Assembly (NCBI GenBank): GCA_963697925.1
Contig: OY969104.1
Span: 945,633 to 1,009,632 of the forward strand
Reading direction: 5' to 3'
Source of the DNA: an uncultured Gaiellaceae bacterium
GTDB taxonomy: Bacteria > Actinomycetota > Thermoleophilia > Gaiellales > Gaiellaceae
DNA length: 64,000 nt
Shown: piece after piece, positions 8,371-16,569 of the stretch
Numbering within the stretch: the first letter of the stretch is position 1
Layout of the letters: every line of letters starts with the position of its first letter
Translations under genes and position numbers: made by a program
Notes under the pieces: generated by a model
Told to the model about the DNA's origin: nothing
Database searches by the model: none
The model's input: the letters and a program-made list of their open reading frames with translations, nothing else

Positions 8371-9369
8371 ATGACCGTCACCGCAAGCCGAGCACGGGAG
8401 AGTGCCCGTAAGGTCGCACCGAAAGCAATACCGCGCGTCGCCGGGCGGGCACTGGAGATCGAGCGGATCACGAAGCGCTACGGCGACAACACCGTCCTCG
8501 ACGACCTGTCGTTCAGCGTTCAGCCTGGACGGATCACGGGGTTCCTCGGGCCGAACGGATCGGGGAAGTCGACAACGATGAAGATCCTGCTCGACCTGGC
8601 CTCCGCTGACCACGGCAGCGCGACGTTCGGCGGGCTCTCCTACCGTGACCTGCCCGACCCCGCGCGCACGGTCGGGGTCGTGCTGGAACCCAACGCGTTC
8701 CACCCGGGACGAAGCGGAAGGAACCACCTTCGAATCCTCGCCGGTGCGGCCGGGATCGGCGCGGCCAGGGTCGACGAGGTGCTTGCCCTCGTCCACCTGG
8801 GCGATGCCGCCGACCGCCGTGTCGGTGCCTACTCGCTCGGGATGAAGCAGCGACTCGGGTTGGCCGCGGCCCTGCTCGGCGACCCGCCCGTGCTCGTCCT
8901 CGACGAACCCGGGAACGGCCTCGACCCGCAGGGCGTCCGAACCCTGCGCGACCTCCTACGCGGCCGAGCTGCCGACGGAGGAACGATCTTCGTCTCCAGC
9001 CACCTCCTCGCCGAGGTCGAGCTACTGGCCGACGACGTGATCGTTCTCAACCGCGGCCGGCTCGTCACGAACGGCCCGCTGCGCGATCTGCTTCAGGCGG
9101 CGTCCCTCGTGCGGAGCTCCGATCCGCATCGCCTCGCACCGCTACTGGAGGAGGCGGGTGCGACCGTGCAACCGCGGGACGGCGAGGCGATCGTCGTACG
9201 CGGCCTTTCGATGGACGACATCGGCGAGCTCGCGCTCCGCGCCGGCATCGCCCTCCACGAGCTGACGCCCGATGCCGGATCGCTCGAAGAGCTCTTCCTG
9301 GGTTGGACCGAAAGCGACGATTCACAGCTCGACACGACCGATGAGAAACGAGAGGCGGCGAAGACATGA
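8371..9369 (+). CDS. ABC transporter ATP-binding protein (ABC-2/DrrA-like)
   Basis: Walker A is GPNGSGKST, the signature-like motif is YSLGMKQRL, and Walker B is LVLDEPGNGLD. GAGGAGG lies upstream. Confidence 0.9.
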   Translation: MTVTASRARESARKVAPKAIPRVAGRALEIERITKRYGDNTVLDDLSFSVQPGRITGFLGPNGSGKSTTMKILLDLASADHGSATFGGLSYRDLPDPARTVGVVLEPNAFHPGRSGRNHLRILAGAAGIGAARVDEVLALVHLGDAADRRVGAYSLGMKQRLGLAAALLGDPPVLVLDEPGNGLDPQGVRTLRDLLRGRAADGGTIFVSSHLLAEVELLADDVIVLNRGRLVTNGPLRDLLQAASLVRSSDPHRLAPLLEEAGATVQPRDGEAIVVRGLSMDDIGELALRAGIALHELTPDAGSLEELFLGWTESDDSQLDTTDEKREAAKT

Positions 9370-10112
9370 CCTGGAACCGACTGGTGAGAAGCGAGCTGCT
9401 GAAGATAACGAGCACGAAGTTGCCCTGGGCGTTCCTCGCGGTCCTGGTCGCGATCAGCGCGATCACGGCGGCCGCGGTCGTCTTCGGCCATGACATGGAC
9501 GGCAGCAAGGACTTCATCTCGACCGCCGCCGACCAGCAATCACTGATGGCGTTTGCAGCGAATGCCTTCATGGGCGCCGGGTTGTTCGGAGCGATCGCCG
9601 TCTCCCGCGAGTACGGCCACAACACCGTCGTACCAACGTTCCTGGTCACCCCCCAACGCCAACGAGCCGTGCTAGCGCAGTACACCGCAATCCTCGTCTC
9701 CGGCGGGCTGCTCAGCGTCGTTGGCGCGGCGATGACCGTCGCCGCCGTGGCGGCCTCGCTCACCACGACCCAATACGGGTTCATGGTCTCCGCGGGCGGG
9801 GTCGCAAGGGTCCTGGTTGCGTCGGCGTTCGCCGGTGCAGCCGGCGCCGTCCTCGGCGCCGGGATCGGCGCAGTGGTGCGAAACGTCGGCGGTGCGGTCA
9901 CCGGAGCAGTGCTCGTGCTCATCATCGCGCCACCACTGATCATCCAACTGGTCAACGACGCTGCCGCCTGGGTGCCGAACACCCTCGCCAACGTGATCGC
10001 CGGTGTCGGAGACGAAGTCGGCACACCTGCCGCGCTGATCGCCACCGCCGCCTGGGCGCTCGTTCCGGCAGCGATCGGCCTCCTCGCGGTCCTCCGCCGC
10101 GACGTCGTATGA
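9366..10112 (+). CDS. ABC-2 type transporter permease
   Basis: It has an ATGA overlap with the ATPase gene and encodes 6 predicted TM segments of typical ABC-2 size. Confidence 0.75.
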   Translation: MTWNRLVRSELLKITSTKLPWAFLAVLVAISAITAAAVVFGHDMDGSKDFISTAADQQSLMAFAANAFMGAGLFGAIAVSREYGHNTVVPTFLVTPQRQRAVLAQYTAILVSGGLLSVVGAAMTVAAVAASLTTTQYGFMVSAGGVARVLVASAFAGAAGAVLGAGIGAVVRNVGGAVTGAVLVLIIAPPLIIQLVNDAAAWVPNTLANVIAGVGDEVGTPAALIATAAWALVPAAIGLLAVLRRDVV

Positions 10113-10157
10113 GCACGATGACCGGACGACGAGCAAAGCACCAACACGAGCGCCGTG

Positions 10158-10188
10158 CTCGAGCGGGCCGGAAAACCCCCCGCTCGAG
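10158..10188 (+). terminator. hairpin CTCGAGCGGG-(11 nt)-CCCGCTCGAG downstream of the ABC permease
   Basis: A 10-bp perfect inverted repeat read directly, 46 nt after the stop. There is no clear U-tract. Confidence 0.4.
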
Positions 10189-10221
10189 CGCCGACTCCGA
10201 CAACGAGAAGAGGAAGCTGCC

Positions 10222-11052
10222 ATGACCAGCTGGTTGATAGGCCCGGTTGCAATCACCGGGGCCGACGGACACGTCGGTACCCACCTCCAGGCCCGCCTCC
10301 GCGACCTTCCGAACGAGGTCCGGCCGGTTGGTCGCTACGACGACCCGGTCAGCGCGTTCAGGGACGCCGACGCGGTGATTCACCTGGCCGGGACGCTGGC
10401 CCCGCATGGCGACAACACCTATCAGGCCGCGAACGTGGAGACAGTCCGCCGCACGATCGACGCCCTCGAAGGCTCGACGGTCAGGCGGGTCGTCTTCCTG
10501 AGCTATCCCGGCGCCGACCCCAACTCTCGCAACGACTATCTGCGGACAAAGGGTGAAGCGGAGCGGATCGTTCTTGCCTGCGGACGCGACGCCGTCGTCG
10601 TGCGCTCGACGTTCATCTACGGGCCGCCCGCCAGCGCCGGCCCGAGCGCGATGCCGTTCATCGTCGAGGCCGGCAAGCCCGTCCCCGTGATCGGCAGCGG
10701 CCGCCAGCGGTACGCCCCAACCTTCGTCGAGGACGTCGCCGAGTCGCTGGCACGGTTTGCCCTCGACTCGACGGCTCCGACCGGCACGTTCGCCCTCGCC
10801 GGCCCCGACACCCTCACCGTGGACGAGTTCGCCGACGCCCTCAACGGCGCCGACGTCAAGGAACGCCACCTCGGCCGGCACGTCGCGCGCCTCCTCTCAC
10901 ACGTTCTCCCGACGCTCACCCCGACCATGGTCGACGTGCTCGCCTCGGACGCGCTCCCCGACGGGTCGCCTCTCGCAGTCGACGCACTCGGGCTCGAGCT
11001 CCACCACCTCGCCGATCACTACCCCTACGCCGGAGTGCGCGTCCGAGGCTAG
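10222..11052 (+). CDS. NAD(P)-binding NmrA/atypical-SDR family protein
   Basis: It has an N-terminal Rossmann motif (VAITGADGHVGTHL) and a length and pattern typical of NmrA-like/epimerase-family proteins. Confidence 0.75.
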   Translation: MTSWLIGPVAITGADGHVGTHLQARLRDLPNEVRPVGRYDDPVSAFRDADAVIHLAGTLAPHGDNTYQAANVETVRRTIDALEGSTVRRVVFLSYPGADPNSRNDYLRTKGEAERIVLACGRDAVVVRSTFIYGPPASAGPSAMPFIVEAGKPVPVIGSGRQRYAPTFVEDVAESLARFALDSTAPTGTFALAGPDTLTVDEFADALNGADVKERHLGRHVARLLSHVLPTLTPTMVDVLASDALPDGSPLAVDALGLELHHLADHYPYAGVRVRG

Positions 11053-11227
11053 TCATGTCAACCATCCCAACGCGCGCAACCAGCCCAAAGCACGTCGCAG
11101 CAGGCCAGCTCGGCCAACACCGGCTTCATGATCGCGGTCGGAACGACTTTCGCGTTGCTCGCCGCATACGTCTTCAGACCACCCTTCCAGAGGGCGCCCC
11201 AATGACTGACGAAAGGGAGAATCCCCG

Positions 11228-11674
11228 ATGAGAAAGCACGCAGCACGCGAACTGGACGCGAGCCTGCTCGACCGCCTCGCCAGCTTCGTCGGAGGCAACG
11301 CCGGCGCGACCGCCGTCTTCGGCACACCTGTCGAACGCGACGGCATCACCGTCATCCCCGTCGCCAGCAGCCGCTTCGGGTTCGGCGGAGGAGCGGGGCC
11401 AGGCCCCGACGGACGAGGCGAAGGCGGCGGCGGCGGCGGAGCCGCCGTGTCGCGGCCGCTCGGCTTCATCGAGATCCGGCGTGGGCGCGCGCGCTTCCGC
11501 CGCGTCACGAACCCCCTCACCGTGAGCGTCGCGCTCCTTGTGATCGCCGTAGCGGCAACACGCCTTGCCCGCGCGGCGGGACGCCTCGGTTATGGCAGAT
11601 GCCGAGCCCAGAGAGGCGAAGACAAGGGCATCCCCCAAACGGAGCACACAGCGGGCGAGGTGGTGTCGCCGTGA
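11228..11674 (+). CDS. GerW/YtfJ-family sporulation-related protein
   Basis: FGTPVERDGITVIPVASSRFGFGGGAG...GGGGGGAAVSRPLGFIEI matches the GerW (YtfJ) signature. AGGGAG SD upstream. Confidence 0.7.
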   Translation: MRKHAARELDASLLDRLASFVGGNAGATAVFGTPVERDGITVIPVASSRFGFGGGAGPGPDGRGEGGGGGGAAVSRPLGFIEIRRGRARFRRVTNPLTVSVALLVIAVAATRLARAAGRLGYGRCRAQRGEDKGIPQTEHTAGEVVSP

Positions 11675-11953
11675 GGAGGCTGTGGGGAAGCATGGCGCGC
11701 GCGTAGGATGCGACCGCCCTCACCGTCTGCGCAATTGTGCTCACACGAGCTCGTCCTCGTTGCGTTGTGCTGTCGGCGCCGACCGGCGTGAACCGATCCG
11801 GTCCAACGTCGATCGAGCGGCCTGGCAGGGCCTCTGGTGCCTCATTGAAGCTCGGGTTGCGCTAGCCGTGCGCCTGTGGCTCCCGGCGGCGGGCTTTCTA
11901 GAAGCTTTCCGGGGGGCTGCTGCGGCTCGTACGACCTCGACCTCTAAATGACG

Positions 11954-11977
11954 AAAGCCCGCTTGTCAGCGGGCTTT
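11954..11977. terminator. hairpin AAAGCCCGC-TTGTCA-GCGGGCTTT directly downstream of tRNA-Pro
   Basis: A perfect 9-bp stem with A/T-rich flanks on both strands. It starts 4 nt after the tRNA discriminator base. Confidence 0.65.
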
Positions 11978-11979
11978 CT

Positions 11980-12017
11980 ATCGGGGCGCCGAGATTCGAA
12001 CTCGGGACCTCTAGTCC
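11980..12017 (-). repeat. 38-nt att-like direct repeat, proximal copy (inside the intact tRNA-Pro)
   Basis: Identical to 3674-3711. Confidence 0.9.
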
Positions 12018-12055
12018 CCCAGACTAGCGCGCTAACCAGGCTGCGCCACGCCCCG
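11981..12055 (-). tRNA. tRNA-Pro (anticodon GGG), no encoded CCA
   Basis: The reverse complement, CGGGGCGTGGCGCAGCCTGGTTAGCGCGCTAGTCTGGGGGACTAGAGGTCCCGAGTTCGAATCTCGGCGCCCCGA, folds as a cloverleaf. The acceptor stem is 7 bp, the anticodon loop is CUGGGGG, and the T-loop is TTCGAAT. Confidence 0.93.
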
Positions 12056-12192
12056 CGACCGCCCCATCCTAGCGGCCGTGCCGCTACGGCCGCGCGCGAG
12101 CGGCGTCACGCCCTCGCAGCCCGGCACCGGCACGTTGATCGCCCGCCGGGCGCGTGTGAAGATCGCATCACACCGAACGAAAGGAGCGAGGC

Positions 12193-12549
12193 ATGGCGGA
12201 CTCGGCACTCTTCATCGGCTGGGGGAGCCCGGTCAGGGGGCGCGAGCAGAAGGCTGCACAGGTGTTCGGCGAGGCGGTCGCGCTCTGGAGCAAGCTCGAG
12301 GCCGACGGCACGCTCGAGAGCTGGTCGGCCCACTTCCTCGAGCCGCACGGGGGCGATCTCCAGGGCTTCTTCCTGCTCCACGGCGAGCGCGAGACCCTGG
12401 GGCTCCTCCGCCTCGCCGACGCCTTCGTGGCCGTGATCCAGCGCGCCGACACGATCGTCGAAGGGCTCGGCGTCGTCGCTGCCTCGACCGGGGCGCGGCT
12501 CGAGGCCGAGATGGGCCGATTCCTGGAGAACGCTGCCGAGCTCGGCTGA
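12193..12549 (+). CDS. hypothetical protein (118 aa)
   Basis: An AAGGAG SD lies 6 nt upstream of the ATG and codon usage is consistent. No motif recognised. Confidence 0.5.
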   Translation: MADSALFIGWGSPVRGREQKAAQVFGEAVALWSKLEADGTLESWSAHFLEPHGGDLQGFFLLHGERETLGLLRLADAFVAVIQRADTIVEGLGVVAASTGARLEAEMGRFLENAAELG

Positions 12550-12564
12550 CGGTCGCCCTCGTCT

Positions 12565-12592
12565 GCCTGCCGCGACCGCGCTTGCGGCAGGC
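12565..12592. terminator. hairpin GCCTGCCGC-(10 nt)-GCGGCAGGC between convergent genes
   Basis: A 9-bp perfect inverted repeat in the 53-nt convergent spacer. Confidence 0.45.
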
Positions 12593-12602
12593 CGACCGGG
12601 TG

Positions 12603-12917
12603 TCAGCCGAGCTTCTTGTAGAGCCGGTCGATCAGCTCGGGCATCGCCTCGAGCTTGTCGGTGATGACTCTGATCCGGTACTCGCGGAAGTGCTCCGCCT
12701 TGACGTCGAACGCGCCCGCGAGCCGCTCCAGCACCTCGTTCGAGGGCACCGGACGGTTGCCGTGCACGATGTGGTTCAGGTAGCCGGCCGAGAGAGCCGT
12801 CTTGTCGGCGAGCGCCCGGTAGGTGAGGCCGGTGTCGGCCATCAGCCGTTCGATCGTCGGGCCGAGGGCCTCGTCGCTGTACGTCCGTCGTCTGGCCACT
12901 AACGCTCCTTCACCCAT
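12603..12917 (-). CDS. XRE-family helix-turn-helix transcriptional regulator
   Basis: TYRALADKTALSAGYLNHIVHGNRPVPSNEVLERLAGAF is a Cro/C1-type HTH. The annotated ATG overlaps the proS 3' end by 19 nt. Confidence 0.75.
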   Translation of the reverse strand: MGEGALVARRRTYSDEALGPTIERLMADTGLTYRALADKTALSAGYLNHIVHGNRPVPSNEVLERLAGAFDVKAEHFREYRIRVITDKLEAMPELIDRLYKKLG

Positions 12918-14581
12918 GTAATCACGGATTCGCGCGGAATGCGCTCGTCGGCGCCCGTCGCGCGTACCCGCACGTCGACGGCGTCGTCCTCCAAGGTCTT
13001 CTTGCCGACCGTCACGCGGAGAGGCATTCCGAGCAGGTCGGCGTCGGCGAACTTCTCGCCCGGGCGCTGGTCGCGGTCGTCGAGCAGGACGGCCAGGCCG
13101 GCGCCCGACAGCCCGTCCGCAAGGTCGTCCGCCCGCTCGAGCACCTCGGGAGCACCACCGTGGAGTGCCAGCACGTGCACGTCGTACGGCGCCAGCCGGG
13201 TCGGCCAGACGATGCCGAGATCGTCGTGGCTCTGCTCCACCGCGGCCGCCATCACGCGTCCGGGCCCGATGCCGTAGCTGCCCATCACGAGCGGCCGCTC
13301 GCTGCCGTCCTCGTCGAGGAAGGACGCGCCGAGCGGCGCCGAGTAGCGCGTGCCGAGCTTGAAGATGTGCCCCACCTCGATCGCCGTCTGGAAGCGCAGG
13401 CGGCCGCCGCAGAGCGTGCAGGCGTCGCCCTCCTTCGACTCGCGCAGGTCGGCAAAGCGGGGCGCGTAGTCCCGGCCGGCCTCGACCCCGCGCAGATGCC
13501 AGCCGTCCCTGTTGGCACCCGCGACGAACTGGCCCACCCGCAGCGCCTCGTCTGCCACGATCTCGCCGTCGAAGCCGACCGGGCCGAGTGATCCTCCCGA
13601 CGCGCGGAACGCAGCCCGGATCTCCTCGTCGGTGGCGGGACGGGAGGGAGCGCCCAGCGCGGCGTCGAGCTTGTTGGGCTCCAGCCGGTCGTCGCCGCGC
13701 ACGAGCGCGAGCACCACGGCGCCGTCGTCCCTCGTCACGGGCATCGCCTTCGACGTCGCCGCCGGATCGATGCCGAGCATCTCCGCGAGCGCCTCGATCG
13801 TCGTCACGTTCGGCGTCTCGACCTCCTCGGGGCGCTCGAGCAGCTCGGGGAGCTCCGCGCGCCGCGGCACGCCGCGCGCCACTTCGAGGTCGGCCGCGAA
13901 GTCGCCGTTCTCACAGGTGACGAGCGTGTTCTCGCCCGAGCCGGAGGGTGCGAGGAAGTCGACCGACTCGCTCCCCCCCATCATCCCGGGCTCCGCGTCC
14001 ACGCCGACCGCCTCGATCCCGCAGCGCTCGAAGATCCGCTCGTAGGCTCCGCGGTGGGCGGCGAAGGCCCGGGCCAGTCCCTCCTCGTCGCGGTCGAACG
14101 AGTACGAGTCCTTCATGATGAACTCGCGCACGCGCAGCAGGCCGCCGCGGGGCCGCGGCTCGTCCCGCTCCTTGACCGAGAAGTGGTAGAGGATCTGCGG
14201 CAGCTGCCGGTAGCTCTGCAGCTCCTTCGCGTGGAAGGTGAACGTCTCCTCGTGGGTCATCGGCAGCACGAACTCGCGCCCGTTGCGGTCCTGCAGGCGG
14301 AAGATCTCCTGGATGTAGTCCCGGCCGGTCTGCTGCCACAGCTCGAACGGGGTGAGGACGGGGCAGAGCATCTCCTGGCCGCCGATCGCGTCGATCTCCT
14401 CGCGGATCACCTGGACGACCTTCTGGTGGACGGCCCAGCCGAGCGGCAGGAACGTCCACACGCCGGCGCTCACCTGCCGGATGTAGCCGCCGCGCACGAG
14501 CAGCTTGTGGCTCGCCGCCTCGGCGTCGCTCGGTGCATCGCGCAGCGTCGGCTGGAACAGGGCTGATTGACGTCTCACCAT
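12899..14581 (-). CDS. proS: proline--tRNA ligase
   Basis: MVRRQSALFQPTLRDAPSDAEAASHKLLVRGGYIRQVSAGVWTFLPLG... plus class-II motifs throughout. The rest of the 995-aa track ORF is a stop-free extension. Confidence 0.93.
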   Translation of the reverse strand: MVRRQSALFQPTLRDAPSDAEAASHKLLVRGGYIRQVSAGVWTFLPLGWAVHQKVVQVIREEIDAIGGQEMLCPVLTPFELWQQTGRDYIQEIFRLQDRNGREFVLPMTHEETFTFHAKELQSYRQLPQILYHFSVKERDEPRPRGGLLRVREFIMKDSYSFDRDEEGLARAFAAHRGAYERIFERCGIEAVGVDAEPGMMGGSESVDFLAPSGSGENTLVTCENGDFAADLEVARGVPRRAELPELLERPEEVETPNVTTIEALAEMLGIDPAATSKAMPVTRDDGAVVLALVRGDDRLEPNKLDAALGAPSRPATDEEIRAAFRASGGSLGPVGFDGEIVADEALRVGQFVAGANRDGWHLRGVEAGRDYAPRFADLRESKEGDACTLCGGRLRFQTAIEVGHIFKLGTRYSAPLGASFLDEDGSERPLVMGSYGIGPGRVMAAAVEQSHDDLGIVWPTRLAPYDVHVLALHGGAPEVLERADDLADGLSGAGLAVLLDDRDQRPGEKFADADLLGMPLRVTVGKKTLEDDAVDVRVRATGADERIPRESVITWVKER

Positions 14582-14673
14582 GAGCGTCACAGGGTAGTCG
14601 AGCCCCGCCGGCGGTGCCGCGGTTCGTTGTCCGCGCCAGCAACGACGTCCGGGCCGGACCGGCGTGCTGCCGG

Positions 14674-15807
14674 TCAGTCCAGCGGGATGAGGCTCGCCTC
14701 GGCCATCGCCAGCGCCGCGGGCTTCGCCATCTTCAACCGCTTCGGCCGCGGCATGCCGGCCTCGATCCAGCGGTCGATCTCGTGGAAGAGCTCGTCGACC
14801 AGGATGTCGGAGGAGACCTTCTTCAGCACGCGCCCGTGTGCGTAGATGAAGCCGACGTCCCGGCCGCCGGCGATGCCGAAGTCCGCGTCGCCCGCCTCGC
14901 CGGGGCCGTTCACGGCGCATCCCATCACCGCCACCTCGAAGGCGTCCGGGTACGCCTGCAGGCGCTCCTCCACCACGACGGCGAGGCTCTCGACGCCGAC
15001 GTTGTCGCGGCCGCAGGAGGGGCACGCGATCATCACGGGGCCCCGCTCCCGCAGCCCGAGCGCCTTCAGGATCTCCCATGCGACCTCCACCTCCTTGACC
15101 GGGTCGGCCGTCAGCGAGACGCGGAAGGTGTCGCCGATCCCGTCGGCCAGCAAGGAGCCGATCCCGACGGCGCTCTTGATCGCCCCCGCGAACGGCGTGC
15201 CCGCCTCGGTGACGCCGAGATGGAGTGGATAGGGCACCGTGGCGGCCAGCATCCGGTAGGCGCGGATCATCGTCGGCACGTGGGTTGCCTTGACCGAGAT
15301 CTTGAAGTCGCGGTAGTCGAGCCTCTCGAGCAACTCGACCTCCTCGAGTGCAGCTGCCACCAGCGCCTCCGCCTGGTCGCGACGGGCCCGCTCCTGCAGG
15401 TGTTCCGGCAGCGAGCCGGAATTCGCTCCGATGCGCATCGCGATGCCGGCCTTCTTCGCCGCGGTCACCACGAGCGCGACCTTGTCGGGGCCGCCGATGT
15501 TGCCCGGATTGATGCGCACGGCGGCGACGCCGGCGTCGATCGCCTTGAGTGCGAGCGACGCGTTGAAATGGATGTCCGCGATCACCGGGATCGGGGACAG
15601 CCGCACGATCTTCTTCAGCGCGAGCGCATCCTCGGTCTTCGGAACCGCGCAGCGAACGACCTCGCAGCCGGCCGACGCGAGCGCCGCTATCTGCGCGGTC
15701 GTCGCCTCGACGTCGTGCGTCTTCGTCAGGGTCATCGACTGGACGACGACCGGGGCGCCACCGCCGATCGGGACGCCGCCGACGCGGATCTGCTCCATGC
15801 TCGGCAT
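14674..15807 (-). CDS. ispG: 4-hydroxy-3-methylbut-2-en-1-yl diphosphate synthase
   Basis: IRVGGVPIGGGAPVVVQSMT...IADIHFN...RINPGNIG...ACPSCGR is canonical GcpE. The start is at MPSMEQ; an alternative ATG lies 9 nt downstream. Confidence 0.93.
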   Translation of the reverse strand: MPSMEQIRVGGVPIGGGAPVVVQSMTLTKTHDVEATTAQIAALASAGCEVVRCAVPKTEDALALKKIVRLSPIPVIADIHFNASLALKAIDAGVAAVRINPGNIGGPDKVALVVTAAKKAGIAMRIGANSGSLPEHLQERARRDQAEALVAAALEEVELLERLDYRDFKISVKATHVPTMIRAYRMLAATVPYPLHLGVTEAGTPFAGAIKSAVGIGSLLADGIGDTFRVSLTADPVKEVEVAWEILKALGLRERGPVMIACPSCGRDNVGVESLAVVVEERLQAYPDAFEVAVMGCAVNGPGEAGDADFGIAGGRDVGFIYAHGRVLKKVSSDILVDELFHEIDRWIEAGMPRPKRLKMAKPAALAMAEASLIPLD

Positions 15808-15867
15808 CCCCGCCAGTGTAAAGGCGTCCTTCCCCCGCCCGTCGCGGCCGCAGGCACACTCGGCGGC

Positions 15868-16569
15868 GTGCATCGCGAGCCGCCACCGACGCGGTGGGCG
15901 CTGGAGCGCCCGCCAGCCGGCCATCCGCACGACGTGTGGGCGCTCGGCGCTGACCTCGAGCCGGGAACGCTGCTGGCTGCCTACCGGCTGGGACTGTTCC
16001 CGATGCCCGTGGACGGTCGCCTCGTGTGGTTCTCGCCGGTGACCCGCGCGGTGCTCCCGTTGCAGGGCTTCCATGCCTCCCGTTCGCTGCGTCGGGCGGC
16101 GAAGCGCTTCGAGATCCGCGTCGACACGGCGTTCGACGAGGTCATCGCCGCCTGTGCCGATCCGTCCCGGCCCGGCGGCTGGATCGACGAGTCGATCGTC
16201 GCGGCGTACCTCCGGTTGCATCGGCTCGGGCGCGCCCATTCGGTCGAGGCCTGGGACGCCGACGGCCTGCAGGGCGGTGTCTACGGCGTCGCGATCGGCG
16301 GCCTCTTCGCGGCGGAGTCGAAGTTCCACCGACGCCGCGATGCGTCCAAGGTCGCCCTGCTCGGCCTCGTGGAGCTGCTCGTGGCCGCCGGCCGGGCAGG
16401 GCAGCGCCTGCTCGACGTCCAGTGGACGACGCCGCACCTTGCCTCGCTCGGAGCGGTCGAGCTCCCGCGCCGCGAGTACCACCGCCGCCTCGACGCAGCA
16501 CTGGCGCTCGACACCCCGTTCGGGCACGTGGGAGGAACGCCTACGAGAGGCGGCCGATGTCGTTCGTGA
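15868..16569 (+). CDS. aat: leucyl/phenylalanyl-tRNA--protein transferase
   Basis: LLAAYRLGLFPMP...WFSPVTRAVLPL...HASRSLRRAAKRF...GGVYGVAIGGLFAAESKFHRRRDASKVAL...LLDVQWTTPHLASLGAVELPRREY aligns along its length with E. coli Aat. A GTG start is proposed. The 3' end overlaps rseP convergently by 29 nt. Confidence 0.85.
   Translation: MHREPPPTRWALERPPAGHPHDVWALGADLEPGTLLAAYRLGLFPMPVDGRLVWFSPVTRAVLPLQGFHASRSLRRAAKRFEIRVDTAFDEVIAACADPSRPGGWIDESIVAAYLRLHRLGRAHSVEAWDADGLQGGVYGVAIGGLFAAESKFHRRRDASKVALLGLVELLVAAGRAGQRLLDVQWTTPHLASLGAVELPRREYHRRLDAALALDTPFGHVGGTPTRGGRCRS

Larger units (their letters stand above)
3674..12017. mobile_element. putative tRNA-Pro-integrated genomic island remnant (about 8.3 kb, no integrase found)
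   Basis: It is bounded by the 38-bp direct repeats. All cargo genes are on the plus strand and are accessory-type. The island ends are visibly lower in GC, and a frameshifted gene remnant sits at the distal end. Confidence 0.5.

Noticed and set aside
11058-11327. An 89-aa minus-strand ORF in the lower-GC spacer between the NmrA-like and GerW-like genes.
   Set aside because: Its N-terminal half is Arg-rich and overlaps the GerW-like start. Only the last roughly 45 aa look protein-like, and I recognised no motif. It may be a gene fragment but cannot be supported.
11675-11979. I looked for an integrase, an excisionase or their remnants in the 300-nt gap next to the tRNA-Pro, and also in 3712-3868 at the other island end.
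   Set aside because: No frame gives recombinase-like motifs (R..H..R..Y or a serine-recombinase N-terminus). Only short Arg-rich ORFs are present. I recorded the region as non-coding.
11981-14581. tRNA-Pro lying about 850 nt from proS, considered as a possible regulatory link (T-box or co-regulation).
   Set aside because: Two unrelated genes intervene and no T-box-like leader precedes proS. The proximity is most simply coincidence.
12899-15886. A 995-aa ORF apparently fusing proS with upstream sequence. The same applies to 14614-16569, 16541-18430, 19663-21084, 42999-44615, 44554-48504 and 49933-51687.
   Set aside because: Only the C-terminal parts match known families. The N-terminal parts are low-complexity extensions that overlap the neighbouring genes. 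Conserved N-termini, SD sequences or ATGA/GTGA overlaps define internal starts.
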